A stretch of 64,000 nucleotides of DNA from Treponema sp. (GCA_016282835.1 JAEELR010000068.1:1380-65379); one strand, 5' to 3'. Numbered from the stretch's first letter, positions 40,341 through 50,735 are shown. Notes: a model not told the origin generated them from the sequence alone. Numbers and translations are program-made.

Positions 40341-41636
40341 TTATTTGGCAGGCCAGAACTTTTCAATAAGTTCAGACTTTAATCCTGTTTCCTGTTTTTC
40401 AAAACACTGACTCAAGATTTTCCAACCATTATCAAGTGCTTTCTCCAAAGGAATATTTACGCTCAAATCCATCATCTGGCTTTCGAACATAACACCATAT
40501 TTCAAGAGTTTTTCATCCCATGCACTCATATTGAAACCCATTGATTTTTTCTCAAGAGTATCCTTGTACTGTGCATAAAGACGAATCATAGCATCCATTA
40601 AAGAACGGTGGTCTTTTCGTGTCTTACCGTTAACCTGCTGCTTCAATCACGACAAAGATCCGAATGGCTCAATACGACCGCCCTTAAGATAATACTGACC
40701 CTCTGTAATATATCCAGTGTTATCTGGAACAGGGTGAGTAACGTCATCACCAGGCATAGTTGTTACGGCAAGAACTGTAATTGAACCGGAGTCTGCAAAG
40801 TCTACTGCTTTTTCATAGCGGCTTGCTAACTGCGAATACAAATCTCCAGGATATCCACGGTTAGAAGGAACCTGCTCCTGTGTAATGGCAATTTCTTTCA
40901 TTGAGTCTGCAAAGTTTGTCATGTCTGTAAGAAGAACCAGTACATCTTTTCCCTGAAGCGCAAACTGCTCGGCAACTGCAAGAGAAAGATCAGGAATCTT
41001 CATACATTCTACAGTCGGGTCTGCAGCAGTATGAACGAACATAACTGTCTTAGAAAGAGCACCACCCTCTTCAAGTGTATTCTTAAAGAACAGATAGTCA
41101 TCGTATTTAAGTCCCATTCCGCCAAGAACAATTACATCAGCCTGTGCCTGCATGGCAATTCGTGCAAGAAGCTGGTTGTAAGGTTCACCCGAAATAGAGA
41201 AGATTGGAATTTTCTGTGAAACTACAAGTGTATTGAATACGTCAATCATAGGAATGTTTGTACGCATCATTCTGTTTGGATTAATACGCTTTGAAGGGTT
41301 TACAGAAGGTCCACCAATTTGAACAAGGTTATCTACAAGTGCAGGACCGTGATCGCGCGGCTCAGCAGAACCATTGAAAATACGGCCTAAAAGATTTTCA
41401 CTGAATGAAACGCGCATGTCGTGACCCAGGAAGCGAATCTGATCATTTGTTGCAACACCTCGGCCTCCGGCAAATACCTGTAACGAAACTACCTCTCCGT
41501 CAATCTTATTAACTTCTGCTAAAGACTTTCCAAATCGAGTAGTAATTTCTGCGAGTTCATTGAGTTTTACGCCTTTTGCCCTGACTGTAATAACGCTACC
41601 GTTAATACTATCAATTTTGCTGTATACTTTATTCAT
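40341..41636 (-). CDS. atpB: V-type ATPase subunit B, split by in-frame TGA at 40647-40649
   Basis: The two track ORFs (40647..41636 and 40341..40646) are one frame: ...EPFGSLS*LKQQVNG...; motifs [30 protein letters not shown]. Confidence 0.92.
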
Positions 41637-43405
41637 TACTCACCATCCTTTAGAAGAGCTTTAACTTCGTTACCAGGTAAAGCACCCTTATCACTAAGAG
41701 TTTTATCAATTGTCTTTTCGCAGGCTTTAAACTCATCGCTCTGGAACTTTTTGTAGTTCAAGTCAATAAAGTTCTGTCGCAAAAGATTGAAGAAATCGCG
41801 GGATTCAGCCTTTTCCTGTAAAGTAAATGTTGAACCCAGAATTGTAACAATCTTCTTAAACATATATTTCTGACGCTCAATGCTTGAAGCACCTTCAACT
41901 TCATCAAAGGAATCCTGCTGCATATAAACTGCATCAAGGAATTCACTCTTTAAGTAAGTAATAAAGTCTTCAAGGCTTGTTCCTTCTTCACCAACAACCT
42001 TCATCATCTGGTTAACTTCTGCACCGCGCCTGTATATTGAGTGTGCATAATCAATAATCTTTGGCGAAATGAATGAAGTATATTTTGACCATGAATCGAG
42101 AGGGTCAATTGAAGGATAACGGCGTGCATCTGATCTTTCTCGTGAAAGTCCATGGAAAGCACCAACAACTTTTAAGGTTGCCTGAGTTACAGGTTCTTCA
42201 AAGTTACCGCCGGCAGGAGAAACAGTACCACCAATTGTAACCGAACCAGTATTTCCATCGCGGAGACGAACAATACCTGCCCTTTCATAGAATGAAGCAA
42301 TTGTTGATTCAAGGTATGCAGGGAATGCTTCTTCACCAGGAATCTCTTCCAGACGGCCAGACATTTCACGCATTGCCTGTGCCCAGCGGGAAGTTGAATC
42401 TGCAAGAAGTAAAACGTGCAGCCCCATCTGACGGTAATATTCAGCCAGGGTAACGCCTGTGTATACAGAAGCTTCACGGGAAGCAACCGGCATGGAAGAT
42501 GTATTACAGATAATAATAGTTCTTTCCATAAGAGAGCGGCCTGTTCTTGGGTCTTTCAACTCAGGGAACTCAGTAAGTGGTTCTACAACTGCAGCGGCAC
42601 GCTCACGGCAGTCAGCAATAATTACAATATCAACATCAGCATTTCTTGAGGTTGTGTGCTGCAATACAGTTTTACCTGCACCGAAAGGACCTGGAATACA
42701 ATAAGTACCACCCTTTGCAACAGGGAAAAAAGTATCGATAAGACGAACTTTTGTAACCATAGGCTCTTTTGGCATAAGACGCTCTGCATAACAGTTAACG
42801 GCTCTTTTTACCGGCCATCTGAAACTCATGGAAATATTAACGCTCTTGCCCTTTTCATCAACTAAAGTTGCAATTGTGTCGTGAATCTTATAATTTCCCT
42901 TCTTAACGATTTTCTTAACAGTATATGAACCCAGGAAACCATAAGGAACCTGAATCTTGTGAACAAAAGGTCCTTCCGGAACAGTTCCAACCCCGTCACC
43001 TGCAAAAACTTTATCGCCTTCTTTAGCAGTTGGCGTAAACTCCCATTCTTTCTTTTCATCAAGAGCAGGAAGATAAACTCCTCTTTCAAGAAAGTATCCT
43101 GACTTTTCAGCAAGCAATGGAAGTGGATTTTGAAGTCCGTCATAAACCTGTCCTAAAAGACCAGGACCAACTTCAACGCTTAATAAATCTCCGGTAAACT
43201 CTACAGAACAATCAGTAGAAATACCGTTCGTCATTTCATAAATCTGCATCTGTGCTGTATTTCCACGGACACGGATAACTTCTCCTTTGAGGCTTTTTCC
43301 TTCGACCTTTACAAAACCTACTTCATTGAGAGATACCTTTCCATCGAATTCAACAGAAACCATGTTTCCGTTTACAGCAACAACTTTGCCTTTTGTATCT
43401 GTCAT
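41636..43405 (-). CDS. atpA: V-type ATPase catalytic subunit A
   Basis: Walker [38 protein letters not shown]. Confidence 0.96.
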   Translation of the reverse strand: MTDTKGKVVAVNGNMVSVEFDGKVSLNEVGFVKVEGKSLKGEVIRVRGNTAQMQIYEMTNGISTDCSVEFTGDLLSVEVGPGLLGQVYDGLQNPLPLLAEKSGYFLERGVYLPALDEKKEWEFTPTAKEGDKVFAGDGVGTVPEGPFVHKIQVPYGFLGSYTVKKIVKKGNYKIHDTIATLVDEKGKSVNISMSFRWPVKRAVNCYAERLMPKEPMVTKVRLIDTFFPVAKGGTYCIPGPFGAGKTVLQHTTSRNADVDIVIIADCRERAAAVVEPLTEFPELKDPRTGRSLMERTIIICNTSSMPVASREASVYTGVTLAEYYRQMGLHVLLLADSTSRWAQAMREMSGRLEEIPGEEAFPAYLESTIASFYERAGIVRLRDGNTGSVTIGGTVSPAGGNFEEPVTQATLKVVGAFHGLSRERSDARRYPSIDPLDSWSKYTSFISPKIIDYAHSIYRRGAEVNQMMKVVGEEGTSLEDFITYLKSEFLDAVYMQQDSFDEVEGASSIERQKYMFKKIVTILGSTFTLQEKAESRDFFNLLRQNFIDLNYKKFQSDEFKACEKTIDKTLSDKGALPGNEVKALLKDGE

Positions 43406-43409
43406 CTAT

Positions 43410-43952
43410 TTAACTCCCCAGAATTTGGTCATAAATATTGTGATAAGAAGCTAAACCGGCATCAGTATTAAACTTCTTCATTCTTTCTGTAAGCATAAGT
43501 CTTAAGCCGTAACAGAAAACTGCATCAGAAGTAAAATAATCTAATGGTGCCAGTTTTTCCAAAACGCTTAACCTATACTGATTTAAGAACTGTTCTGCAC
43601 TTAAAGGCGAATCCATACCGGTCGCAGTTCGTGCAACCTGAATTACTTCACCGTCTGTTGAAGAAGGAATATTCTTTAAATCTTTCTTCATCTTTAAGGC
43701 TCTGACCTGAGCAAGTGCAAAACGTAAATTTCTTTCTTTCTCATACCAGGCATCTAAAAAAGCAGATCCTGTACTGACAGCTTCTCTTGGAGGTTCAAGT
43801 GAAAGATTTTTTACAAGCTCTTTATTTTTTTCATTCATGAATCTACAGCATAAATCTTTATACATAGCCGTACTGATTGAAAGCTTTGCAGAACTATCTT
43901 CACTAACAGAGAATGCTGGAAGTTGAGAAACCAAGTAGTATAGTTTTTCCAC
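43410..43952 (-). CDS. V-type ATPase subunit C-like (DUF2764)
   Basis: YYLVSQLP start, W...E..LR..LA..RA motif; sits between E and A as in spirochete and chlamydial operons. Confidence 0.8.
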   Translation of the reverse strand: MEKLYYLVSQLPAFSVSEDSSAKLSISTAMYKDLCCRFMNEKNKELVKNLSLEPPREAVSTGSAFLDAWYEKERNLRFALAQVRALKMKKDLKNIPSSTDGEVIQVARTATGMDSPLSAEQFLNQYRLSVLEKLAPLDYFTSDAVFCYGLRLMLTERMKKFNTDAGLASYHNIYDQILGS

Positions 43953-44725
43953 TATTTCTTACCCTTCTTTGCAGCTGTTTTCTTTTCAGAAGCTTTTGAA
44001 GTTACTGTCTTTTTCTTTGCAGCCGGAGCTTTTGCCTTAGTTGCAACTTTTTCCTCTGAAACCTTTGGCTTTTCATTTTCTGCTTTAGAGTCAGCCTTTT
44101 CAGGAGCAACTGATTCAGCAGCTTTTTTCATTAAAGCAGTAACCTTTGGATTTAGATAAGCGCCAAACAGAGAAGCAACTTCTTCTGCACTAAAGTCATA
44201 GAAAGCACTTCCATTTTTTGCACCAATTCTAAAGCCGGAAGAAAGTGAAGAATCGCCTTTTATTTCAAGACCTTTAGAAATTTTTGCTTTGAGGGCAGTC
44301 TTAAAGTTACTCTCTAAAGCTTTTAAATCTTTTGCAGGAAGCAGAACAGAAAGTTCATCAGTGTCTAAGTTTGAAGACCACACTTTTACAGTGTCAGGAA
44401 TAAGTTTTTTCAACAAATCCTTATCGTAAACTTTTTCTGTCTCTTCATTAATCAAAGCCTGGAGCTCTTTATTGATTCCGTCACGGAAAGCAATAATAAG
44501 GTTTCGACCCGATTGAGCTATTGCATCTTCACTAGCTTTCTCAAGGCGTGCTGTTTCATCTTTTGCAGCTTTAATGATACTGTCAGCCTTTGCTTCTGCG
44601 TCAGAAATAATAGATTCAGCCTTTTTTTGAGCATCTTCAATTATTTTCTTTGCATTAGATTCAGCTGAGGCGATACCATCTTTCTTGATTTTTTCAATCA
44701 ATTCATGTAACTGAACGTCCATCAT
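43952..44725 (-). CDS. atpE: V-type ATPase subunit E with Lys/Ala-rich C-terminal extension
   Basis: QL.ELIEKIKKDG, A..II..A coiled coil, GFRIG...YDFS. Confidence 0.9.
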   Translation of the reverse strand: MMDVQLHELIEKIKKDGIASAESNAKKIIEDAQKKAESIISDAEAKADSIIKAAKDETARLEKASEDAIAQSGRNLIIAFRDGINKELQALINEETEKVYDKDLLKKLIPDTVKVWSSNLDTDELSVLLPAKDLKALESNFKTALKAKISKGLEIKGDSSLSSGFRIGAKNGSAFYDFSAEEVASLFGAYLNPKVTALMKKAAESVAPEKADSKAENEKPKVSEEKVATKAKAPAAKKKTVTSKASEKKTAAKKGKK

Positions 44726-44906
44726 AACCTCACTTATAAAAAAAATTACACCAACAAAAAGTCAATGCTTTAATATATTCAAAGTAAATCACTAAAAATT
44801 AGCGAGATTCTTTACATATATAAAATTGGGGTAAATCGCTGACTAAAAAGGAATAGAATTTTCTAAATCAATAGATTTCTAGCATTTTTAGAAAGGACAT
44901 ATAATA

Positions 44907-45000
44907 ATTATAGCAAGTATTTTTCAAAATTCAACGAAAATTTAAGCCGCTCAAAAAGTGGGATTTTTAGAGTTTTTTTGGATTTTTTTGGAATTTTTGG
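44907..45000 (-). promoter_or_regulatory. Extended -10 promoter of the V-ATPase operon with upstream phased A-tracts
   Basis: TG-C-TATAAT at 44907-44915; A-tracts at about 10-bp spacing at 44962-45000. Confidence 0.5.
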
Positions 45001-45017
45001 ACGAAATTTAATATCTT

Positions 45018-45107
45018 CTACCAGCTATCCGGGGTTCCGGGCCAGGCCCTCCAGTGCTCCGCTTTCGCTTCGCACCGTCTTCGCCGCCCCTTCTATCTGG
45101 CGTAGGC
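45018..45107. repeat. GC-rich structured intergenic element
   Basis: About 90 bp GC-rich island in an AT-rich spacer, with nested stems CCAG/CTGG, GGGG/CCCC, GGGCC/GGCCC and GTGC/GCAC. Confidence 0.5.
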
Positions 45108-45123
45108 TTATAAGTAGCAGAAA

Positions 45124-46059
45124 TTAATTCATCAGCCTTAAAACATTTGGAACAGCTTCCATTGTAACTTCAGAATAATCGCCTGCCCATTCACCGTCTG
45201 TATGCAGAACTAATTCTTCATCACACTTTAAAGTCATTTTCTTAAAGTTTCTTACAGAAAAGCCCTTAATCTTTGTGTGCAGACCAAAAATTAAGAACGG
45301 GAATACTAAAAACGCCTTAAATTTTGGAATACCGTAAACCATACAAACAGAAAGCTCGCCGTCATTTTCTTTAGCTGTTGGAGCCATTTTAACGCCGCCG
45401 CCTTCAGTCATTAAATTCATTCCGGCAATCATAATCATTTTAGGAATTGTAATTTCTTCTTCATCATCAAACTTAACCTTTATTTCATTACATTTCATAG
45501 TGAATAAAGATTTAACAGTAAGAAAAATATAGATTAATTTGCCCATATGCAGTTTATTCAGGACAACCTTTAATTTAGAAGTTAAAGTTTTCTTGCAGAC
45601 AATTGCATCCATTCCAAGACCTGAACTGATTCCAAAATATCTTTGAGAATTATTATAGTGAACTAAACCTAAATCTATACTTCTATAGGAATTAGAATTC
45701 ACAGACTCTATCATTTTTTTAATATTTCTTTTTATAGAAAGCTTTCCGGTTTTTATTTTTAATCCGTGCGCAAAATCATTTCCTGAGCCTGAAGGAATTA
45801 CACCGAAACAAACTTTTGAAAAATCAACAATGCCGTTCAAAACTTCATTAATTGTTCCGTCACCGCCAACAACAATAATCTTTATATTATCTTCATTAAG
45901 AGATGAAATTTCTTTAGCAAGTTTAGAAGCGTGTCCCGGAGCTAAAGACTCGTGCAGAACATATTCAACAGAATATTTTTTCAAATATCTTTCTGTAAGC
46001 ATCCATGTCAACAATGCCCTTCCTGAACCACCTGATTTATTAACAATAAAATGAAACAT
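45124..46059 (-). CDS. Diacylglycerol kinase family (YegS-like) lipid kinase
   Basis: FIVN..GG, VVGGDGTINEV, IPSGSGNDFA, DGE. Confidence 0.92.
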   Translation of the reverse strand: MFHFIVNKSGGSGRALLTWMLTERYLKKYSVEYVLHESLAPGHASKLAKEISSLNEDNIKIIVVGGDGTINEVLNGIVDFSKVCFGVIPSGSGNDFAHGLKIKTGKLSIKRNIKKMIESVNSNSYRSIDLGLVHYNNSQRYFGISSGLGMDAIVCKKTLTSKLKVVLNKLHMGKLIYIFLTVKSLFTMKCNEIKVKFDDEEEITIPKMIMIAGMNLMTEGGGVKMAPTAKENDGELSVCMVYGIPKFKAFLVFPFLIFGLHTKIKGFSVRNFKKMTLKCDEELVLHTDGEWAGDYSEVTMEAVPNVLRLMN

Positions 46060-46079
46060 AATTTTCTCCTGATCAAATG

Positions 46080-46811
46080 TTAATCAAATTTTATAGCAAG
46101 ATTTACTTCTTGTATACTTCTAGAAGTTCTTTCTGCAATTTCCTGCGGACTTAAGCCCATTTTATACATTTCCAGAACTTCTGTCTTAAAATCTTTTTTT
46201 ACTGAAATTGGCTTTTCTGCCTTAAAAAACTCAGGAATAGGATTTCCAACCCTCTGGGCCCTGGCAAGAGCGTTATCTGCCTGCTGCATTTGCGTCATAA
46301 AATCAATCTCGTTCTGAGTCCTTTCATTTATCTCTGACTGACTGTTCTCTTCAACAGCTTTTATTTCATCAGTTTTTATTGGATTATTTTTTAATTCATC
46401 ATTTATTATTTTATCGTTTTTTAACTCATCTTCATTAAATAATGAATTTTGAATTTCTGAATTACTTTCGCTTCTGGCTTTATTTATTTTAGATTTAGAA
46501 TTGTCTTTAGATATAAAAGAATTTGTATTCTGCTTAAACTCGTTATTAACCTCATAATTGTACATTTCTTTTTTCAGGATTTTTAATCTTCTGTCAGATT
46601 CTGCCGTAACAAATTTTAACTCTTTAATTTTAGAATCTATCAGCTGGATATTTCTTTCAGCATTTTTATTTATACTCGAAAGCATTTCATTCAATTCAGT
46701 TCTTGTCTGCTCTAAAACTTCTTCTGTCGAAAAAAAGGACTTAAACTTTACGGCAAAAACAATCCATAGAATTAAATTTATTATAATAAGCGAAATATTT
46801 ACAAAAATCAT
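46080..46811 (-). CDS. Hypothetical protein: N-terminal TM, coiled coil, C-terminal HTH-like
   Basis: C-terminal V.EMYKMGLSPQEIAE...SIQEV.L. Confidence 0.65.
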   Translation of the reverse strand: MIFVNISLIIINLILWIVFAVKFKSFFSTEEVLEQTRTELNEMLSSINKNAERNIQLIDSKIKELKFVTAESDRRLKILKKEMYNYEVNNEFKQNTNSFISKDNSKSKINKARSESNSEIQNSLFNEDELKNDKIINDELKNNPIKTDEIKAVEENSQSEINERTQNEIDFMTQMQQADNALARAQRVGNPIPEFFKAEKPISVKKDFKTEVLEMYKMGLSPQEIAERTSRSIQEVNLAIKFD

Positions 46812-46815
46812 TTTC

Positions 46816-47151
46816 TTATCCTGTAATGTCTATAATGCGCCCGATTCTAGGATTTTTTACAACAAATTCATTTTTAGCTTTACTTTCCTGATTCTGATTC
46901 TTTTCTTCAGAAGAACTGTTTTCACCTTCGGCAAACTGCTGGCTGTTTTTAGCATCAGGATTTATTTTTCCGTCTTCAGCATTTTTTTCAGTTTCTTTTA
47001 CAGTCTGTATTTTTTCAAATTCATGCTGGGATTCAATCTTATTGCTGTTCTGACTTAATACCTGAGCTAATTGATTTTGTGATGCATTAAACTTGCTTAC
47101 ATTATCAAGCTGCGAATACATCGTAGATAAATCAATTGGATGTATAGCCAT
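46816..47151 (-). CDS. Conserved hypothetical protein after fapA
   Basis: MAIHPIDL start and P.IG..IDI end; overlaps the fapA stop. Confidence 0.7.
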   Translation of the reverse strand: MAIHPIDLSTMYSQLDNVSKFNASQNQLAQVLSQNSNKIESQHEFEKIQTVKETEKNAEDGKINPDAKNSQQFAEGENSSSEEKNQNQESKAKNEFVVKNPRIGRIIDITG

Positions 47152-49114
47152 CTGGTGCTCCTACATCTTCGGTTACCTGAGATGAATCATACTTACCGCG
47201 TCGAACAAAACCGTTTTCATAATAGAATGTAACTGCCTTACATTCCTGTCTTACATCATCAAGTTCATCGCGAACATATACTTTGGTTCCCTCGTATACA
47301 GTACCACTTGCATTAACTTTACCCACAACTTTAAGTTCACGAAGACGAGAATTTATTTCATCCATTTCTGCTGTAATTGAATCGCTTTGAGCTTTCATCT
47401 TATCGTGTTCATCATGCAAGGCCTGCAGCTGTTCTTCTTTTTCTTTTGGAAGGAAGCGCCTTACCTTTTTATTGTTTTCCATTGTGGCAATATTTTTCTC
47501 TAATTCTTCAAGCTCGCGGATAAGTGCATTCTGCATTTCAGAAAGCTCAAGAAGTCTCTGCTTTGCCTTAGGATCGAAACCAACTTCTACAATTGTTTCT
47601 GTAGCAGAACCCGGTGAACCAATATCCTTTGCAGTAATTTCCTCCGTAGCAAACAAGTGTCCGCCGATAATAGAAGCACGCTTTCCCTTTAAGATAATCT
47701 TTTTCATTGCAGTAACATTGCTGTTCATAATACTGTCGTTTACAACAATATATTCTTCTGCTGAAACCTTTGCATTTTGAATAAAGCGCGCCCAGATTGA
47801 TTTACCGCCGATAATTTCTGCCTCATTATTTCCCTGTACACCCTGAGAAATAACGATATCACCTTCGGCTTCAATCTTAGATTTTCCTACACCGCCATAG
47901 ATTTCAACATTACCGCTTGCCTTAATAAAGAAGCCGTCATCAACATCACCGCGACAAATAACTGTTCCGTTGTAGGTAATGCTACCACCGTTCTTATGGT
48001 TAACACCCTTAACTTCGTAAATCTGCTCTACAGTAATTTTACCTGCAACAAGCATAACGTGTCCGGACTTTTCTGCAATGATTGTAGAACCGTCGCGGTC
48101 AAGTTTTACATTAGAGCCCAGGAATCTTTCAACTTCAATATCCTTACCGTTCTTAGCTTCAAGGTATCGACCGTGTAAAGTCTTACCACCCTTACCTTTC
48201 TGAGCCTGAACTTTTTGCGCAACAGCCTGTCCTTCCGTTACATTCTGAATCAAATTAAGTTCCTTAAAGTTTACCTGTCCCGTAGAATTTTCCTGTAAAC
48301 GGATTTTACTTGTATCAGTTTCAAACATGTATGAAATATAGGCATCGCGACCGTCAACAGGTAACATTGCTGTAGCAACTTCATACGGCGTATTATAAAT
48401 AGGAACATCAACGAACTGTTTAATTTTTCCTTCATCAAGTCCGGAACCAACACCCTGTTTTGCCAGAGCGTTAACAATCTGATCAAATGAAACATCAGAA
48501 CCGCAGTTTGACGGAGGTGTAACAGTAATTGAACCATGCATATCATCACTTGTAATATCAACAACAAGAATTGCATCTGCTGTAGGAATGTGATTATAGG
48601 TTCCAACTTCTTTATATTCACCGTTAGTTCCGGTCTTGCATAACTGCTTTAAAAGGTTTTCATCTATAGTTATGTGTTCAGTAAGATTTGCTGCATTTAA
48701 TAAATCAACTTCATTAACAGGCTGGCCGCTTCCAATCGGCAACTCGATTTTTACACAAACAGCCGTACCGAAATAATGGAAATAGAAAACTCCGTCTTTG
48801 TTAACTTCTTTAATTTCATCTTCCATTTCAATATCATCGAATAAGGTATCTTCGATTTTCTTTTTCTTAATTGCAACTGATTCAGGATTTTCATAAACCC
48901 GCACAAACCATGGCTTTTTCATTAAACCAAATACACCGCCATAACCTTTCTCGATTACTTCATACTCTAAACTGGAAACAGAAGCCTCCAGCTGAACAGA
49001 AGCATCTGCCAGGCATTCATCTAAAGTATCAGCGCGCACTTCAACTGTTTTTATTTCAGAATCAGCGGCATATTTTTTTTCCATGTCTGCACGAATTTTA
49101 TCAAGATTAACCAT
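47132..49114 (-). CDS. fapA: FapA (DUF342) family protein with N-terminal Jag_N-like domain
   Basis: LEYEVIEKG..G.FG (Jag_N-like), VNFKEL..IQNV, beta-helix G.V..G..I.A.G repeats; follows fliA. Confidence 0.85.
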   Translation of the reverse strand: MVNLDKIRADMEKKYAADSEIKTVEVRADTLDECLADASVQLEASVSSLEYEVIEKGYGGVFGLMKKPWFVRVYENPESVAIKKKKIEDTLFDDIEMEDEIKEVNKDGVFYFHYFGTAVCVKIELPIGSGQPVNEVDLLNAANLTEHITIDENLLKQLCKTGTNGEYKEVGTYNHIPTADAILVVDITSDDMHGSITVTPPSNCGSDVSFDQIVNALAKQGVGSGLDEGKIKQFVDVPIYNTPYEVATAMLPVDGRDAYISYMFETDTSKIRLQENSTGQVNFKELNLIQNVTEGQAVAQKVQAQKGKGGKTLHGRYLEAKNGKDIEVERFLGSNVKLDRDGSTIIAEKSGHVMLVAGKITVEQIYEVKGVNHKNGGSITYNGTVICRGDVDDGFFIKASGNVEIYGGVGKSKIEAEGDIVISQGVQGNNEAEIIGGKSIWARFIQNAKVSAEEYIVVNDSIMNSNVTAMKKIILKGKRASIIGGHLFATEEITAKDIGSPGSATETIVEVGFDPKAKQRLLELSEMQNALIRELEELEKNIATMENNKKVRRFLPKEKEEQLQALHDEHDKMKAQSDSITAEMDEINSRLRELKVVGKVNASGTVYEGTKVYVRDELDDVRQECKAVTFYYENGFVRRGKYDSSQVTEDVGAPDGYTSN

Positions 49115-49124
49115 TCAAAAATCC

Positions 49125-49910
49125 TTAAAAAATTCCTTTTTTCATGCTTGTAAGTTTTGCACGAAGCCTTAAGTTTGCATCTGAATGTAACTGACTTATA
49201 CGGCTTTCACTGACATTTAAAACTTTTCCAATTTCCTTAAAGGTCATGTCTTCATAATGATATAAAACAATTACAAGTTTTTCATTTTTTGGTAAATCAT
49301 TTATTGCCTGAATAATAACGCGGCGGATATCTTCTCTTTCTACAATAATATCAGGATTTAAACTCTTAGGAGATTCAATGCTGTCACCAATGGACATATG
49401 TTCACTGTCATCACCGGAATACCACACATCATTAAGGGATAAAACACTTGTTCCGCTTATTTTCATCAGCATATTCTGATACTCTGCAACAGAAACTCCC
49501 ATCTCCTGTGCAATTTCAGCTGTTGTTGCTGTACGACCAAGTTTAGATTCCAGCTCAACAATAGTATCTTCCATTTCCTTAGACTTCTGGCGGACAGAAC
49601 GAGGAACCCAGTCTAAAGTTCTAAGCTCATCGAATATAGAGCCGCGGATTCTTGTTACGGCATAAGTCTTGAATTTAACATTTTTATCAGGGTCATATTT
49701 TTTTATAGCATCAAGAAGTCCAAACTGTCCGAAGCTTACTAAATCATCAAACTCTACTGATTCAGGCATTCCAACAGAAACTTTTCCTGCAACATATTTT
49801 ACAAGAGGCATATACTGTCTTATAAACTTATCGCGCAATTCCGGAGACTTAGACTTCTTGTATTCTTTCCACAACTTTAATTCTGTTTCTTCATCCATTA
49901 CTTCAGTCAT
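49125..49910 (-). CDS. fliA: Flagellar sigma factor sigma-28 (FliA/WhiG)
   Basis: KFKTYAVTRIRGSIFDELR..DWVPRSVR, TFKEIG.VL.VSESRISQLH. Confidence 0.95.
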   Translation of the reverse strand: MTEVMDEETELKLWKEYKKSKSPELRDKFIRQYMPLVKYVAGKVSVGMPESVEFDDLVSFGQFGLLDAIKKYDPDKNVKFKTYAVTRIRGSIFDELRTLDWVPRSVRQKSKEMEDTIVELESKLGRTATTAEIAQEMGVSVAEYQNMLMKISGTSVLSLNDVWYSGDDSEHMSIGDSIESPKSLNPDIIVEREDIRRVIIQAINDLPKNEKLVIVLYHYEDMTFKEIGKVLNVSESRISQLHSDANLRLRAKLTSMKKGIF

Positions 49911-49928
49911 TGTATATTCCTTTTATTT

Positions 49929-50735
49929 TTATGCTTCCTTTTTTAACAGAGTTCTTATTGCACTTGCAATTGTACTTGCATCATTCTTAGAAGCTTCTTC
50001 TGCACTACTTTTTTTTGAACCAGTATCATTAGAAAACTTTACGGAACTTTCCTGTGCGAATTCTGTATCCATAGCTATATCATTCATTTCAGATTTCTCT
50101 GATACATTTAAATCACCAAAATCTGGAAGTTGATCTATAAACGAATCTGACACATTCGATTTTAAATTTGCTTCCCTTACTAAAGCTGATTGAGATTTTT
50201 CTGCTGCACTATTCCCTTCGCCATTACTTTCTGCGCCTGTTCCAGTACCAGCAGCTGAATAATTTGTTTCTGATTTTTCATTTACAGGAACCGCTTCCTT
50301 TACATCAAAAGAGGCAGATGACGCCGGTGAGGCTTGCGAAGAATTTATTTCAGGCGGAGAGCTTTCTGCTTTAACACTGCTTTCATTAACTAAATCGCTT
50401 TCAGGCAATTCTCTCTTATTCAATTCAACGGCAAATTTTGCTTCTTCATCATCTTCCGTAAGATTTTCATCATCAATCGTAATGTCTACAGAATTTCCTG
50501 TCCGTTTAGATGCAGGGCTAGAAGAGGCGTAATCATCTGAACCGAAAGAATCTGAATCAACAGATAAAAACTTTTTATTTACAAAGGAAATTCCAAAAGT
50601 CAGTAAGGCAAAAATGGCACCGAAAATAACTGCTTTTAACAATGAAAAACCAAAGGCCCTTGTAGAAATAATGCTGATAAGAAATGAAGCAACAAATGCA
50701 ATAACAAAGCTTAAAATGATTTTTTTTAATTTCAT
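49929..50735 (-). CDS. Hypothetical membrane protein (2 TM plus acidic low-complexity tail)
   Basis: Between flhG and fliA; SD GGAGGAG before ATG 50735; C-terminal IASAIRTLL. Confidence 0.7.
   Translation of the reverse strand: MKLKKIILSFVIAFVASFLISIISTRAFGFSLLKAVIFGAIFALLTFGISFVNKKFLSVDSDSFGSDDYASSSPASKRTGNSVDITIDDENLTEDDEEAKFAVELNKRELPESDLVNESSVKAESSPPEINSSQASPASSASFDVKEAVPVNEKSETNYSAAGTGTGAESNGEGNSAAEKSQSALVREANLKSNVSDSFIDQLPDFGDLNVSEKSEMNDIAMDTEFAQESSVKFSNDTGSKKSSAEEASKNDASTIASAIRTLLKKEA

Noticed and set aside
40341-40646. Separate 101-aa gene after atpB
   Set aside because: It is the in-frame C-terminus of subunit B, starting right after the internal TGA with no SD.
36997-40649. Genome-wide TGA reassignment or selenocysteine
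   Set aside because: TGA is a normal stop in mrdA, dnaG, atpD and fliM, several with ATGA overlaps. The atpB site aligns to Arg rather than Trp, Gly or Cys, the ispG site is compatible with Arg, and no SECIS-like hairpin is evident after either.
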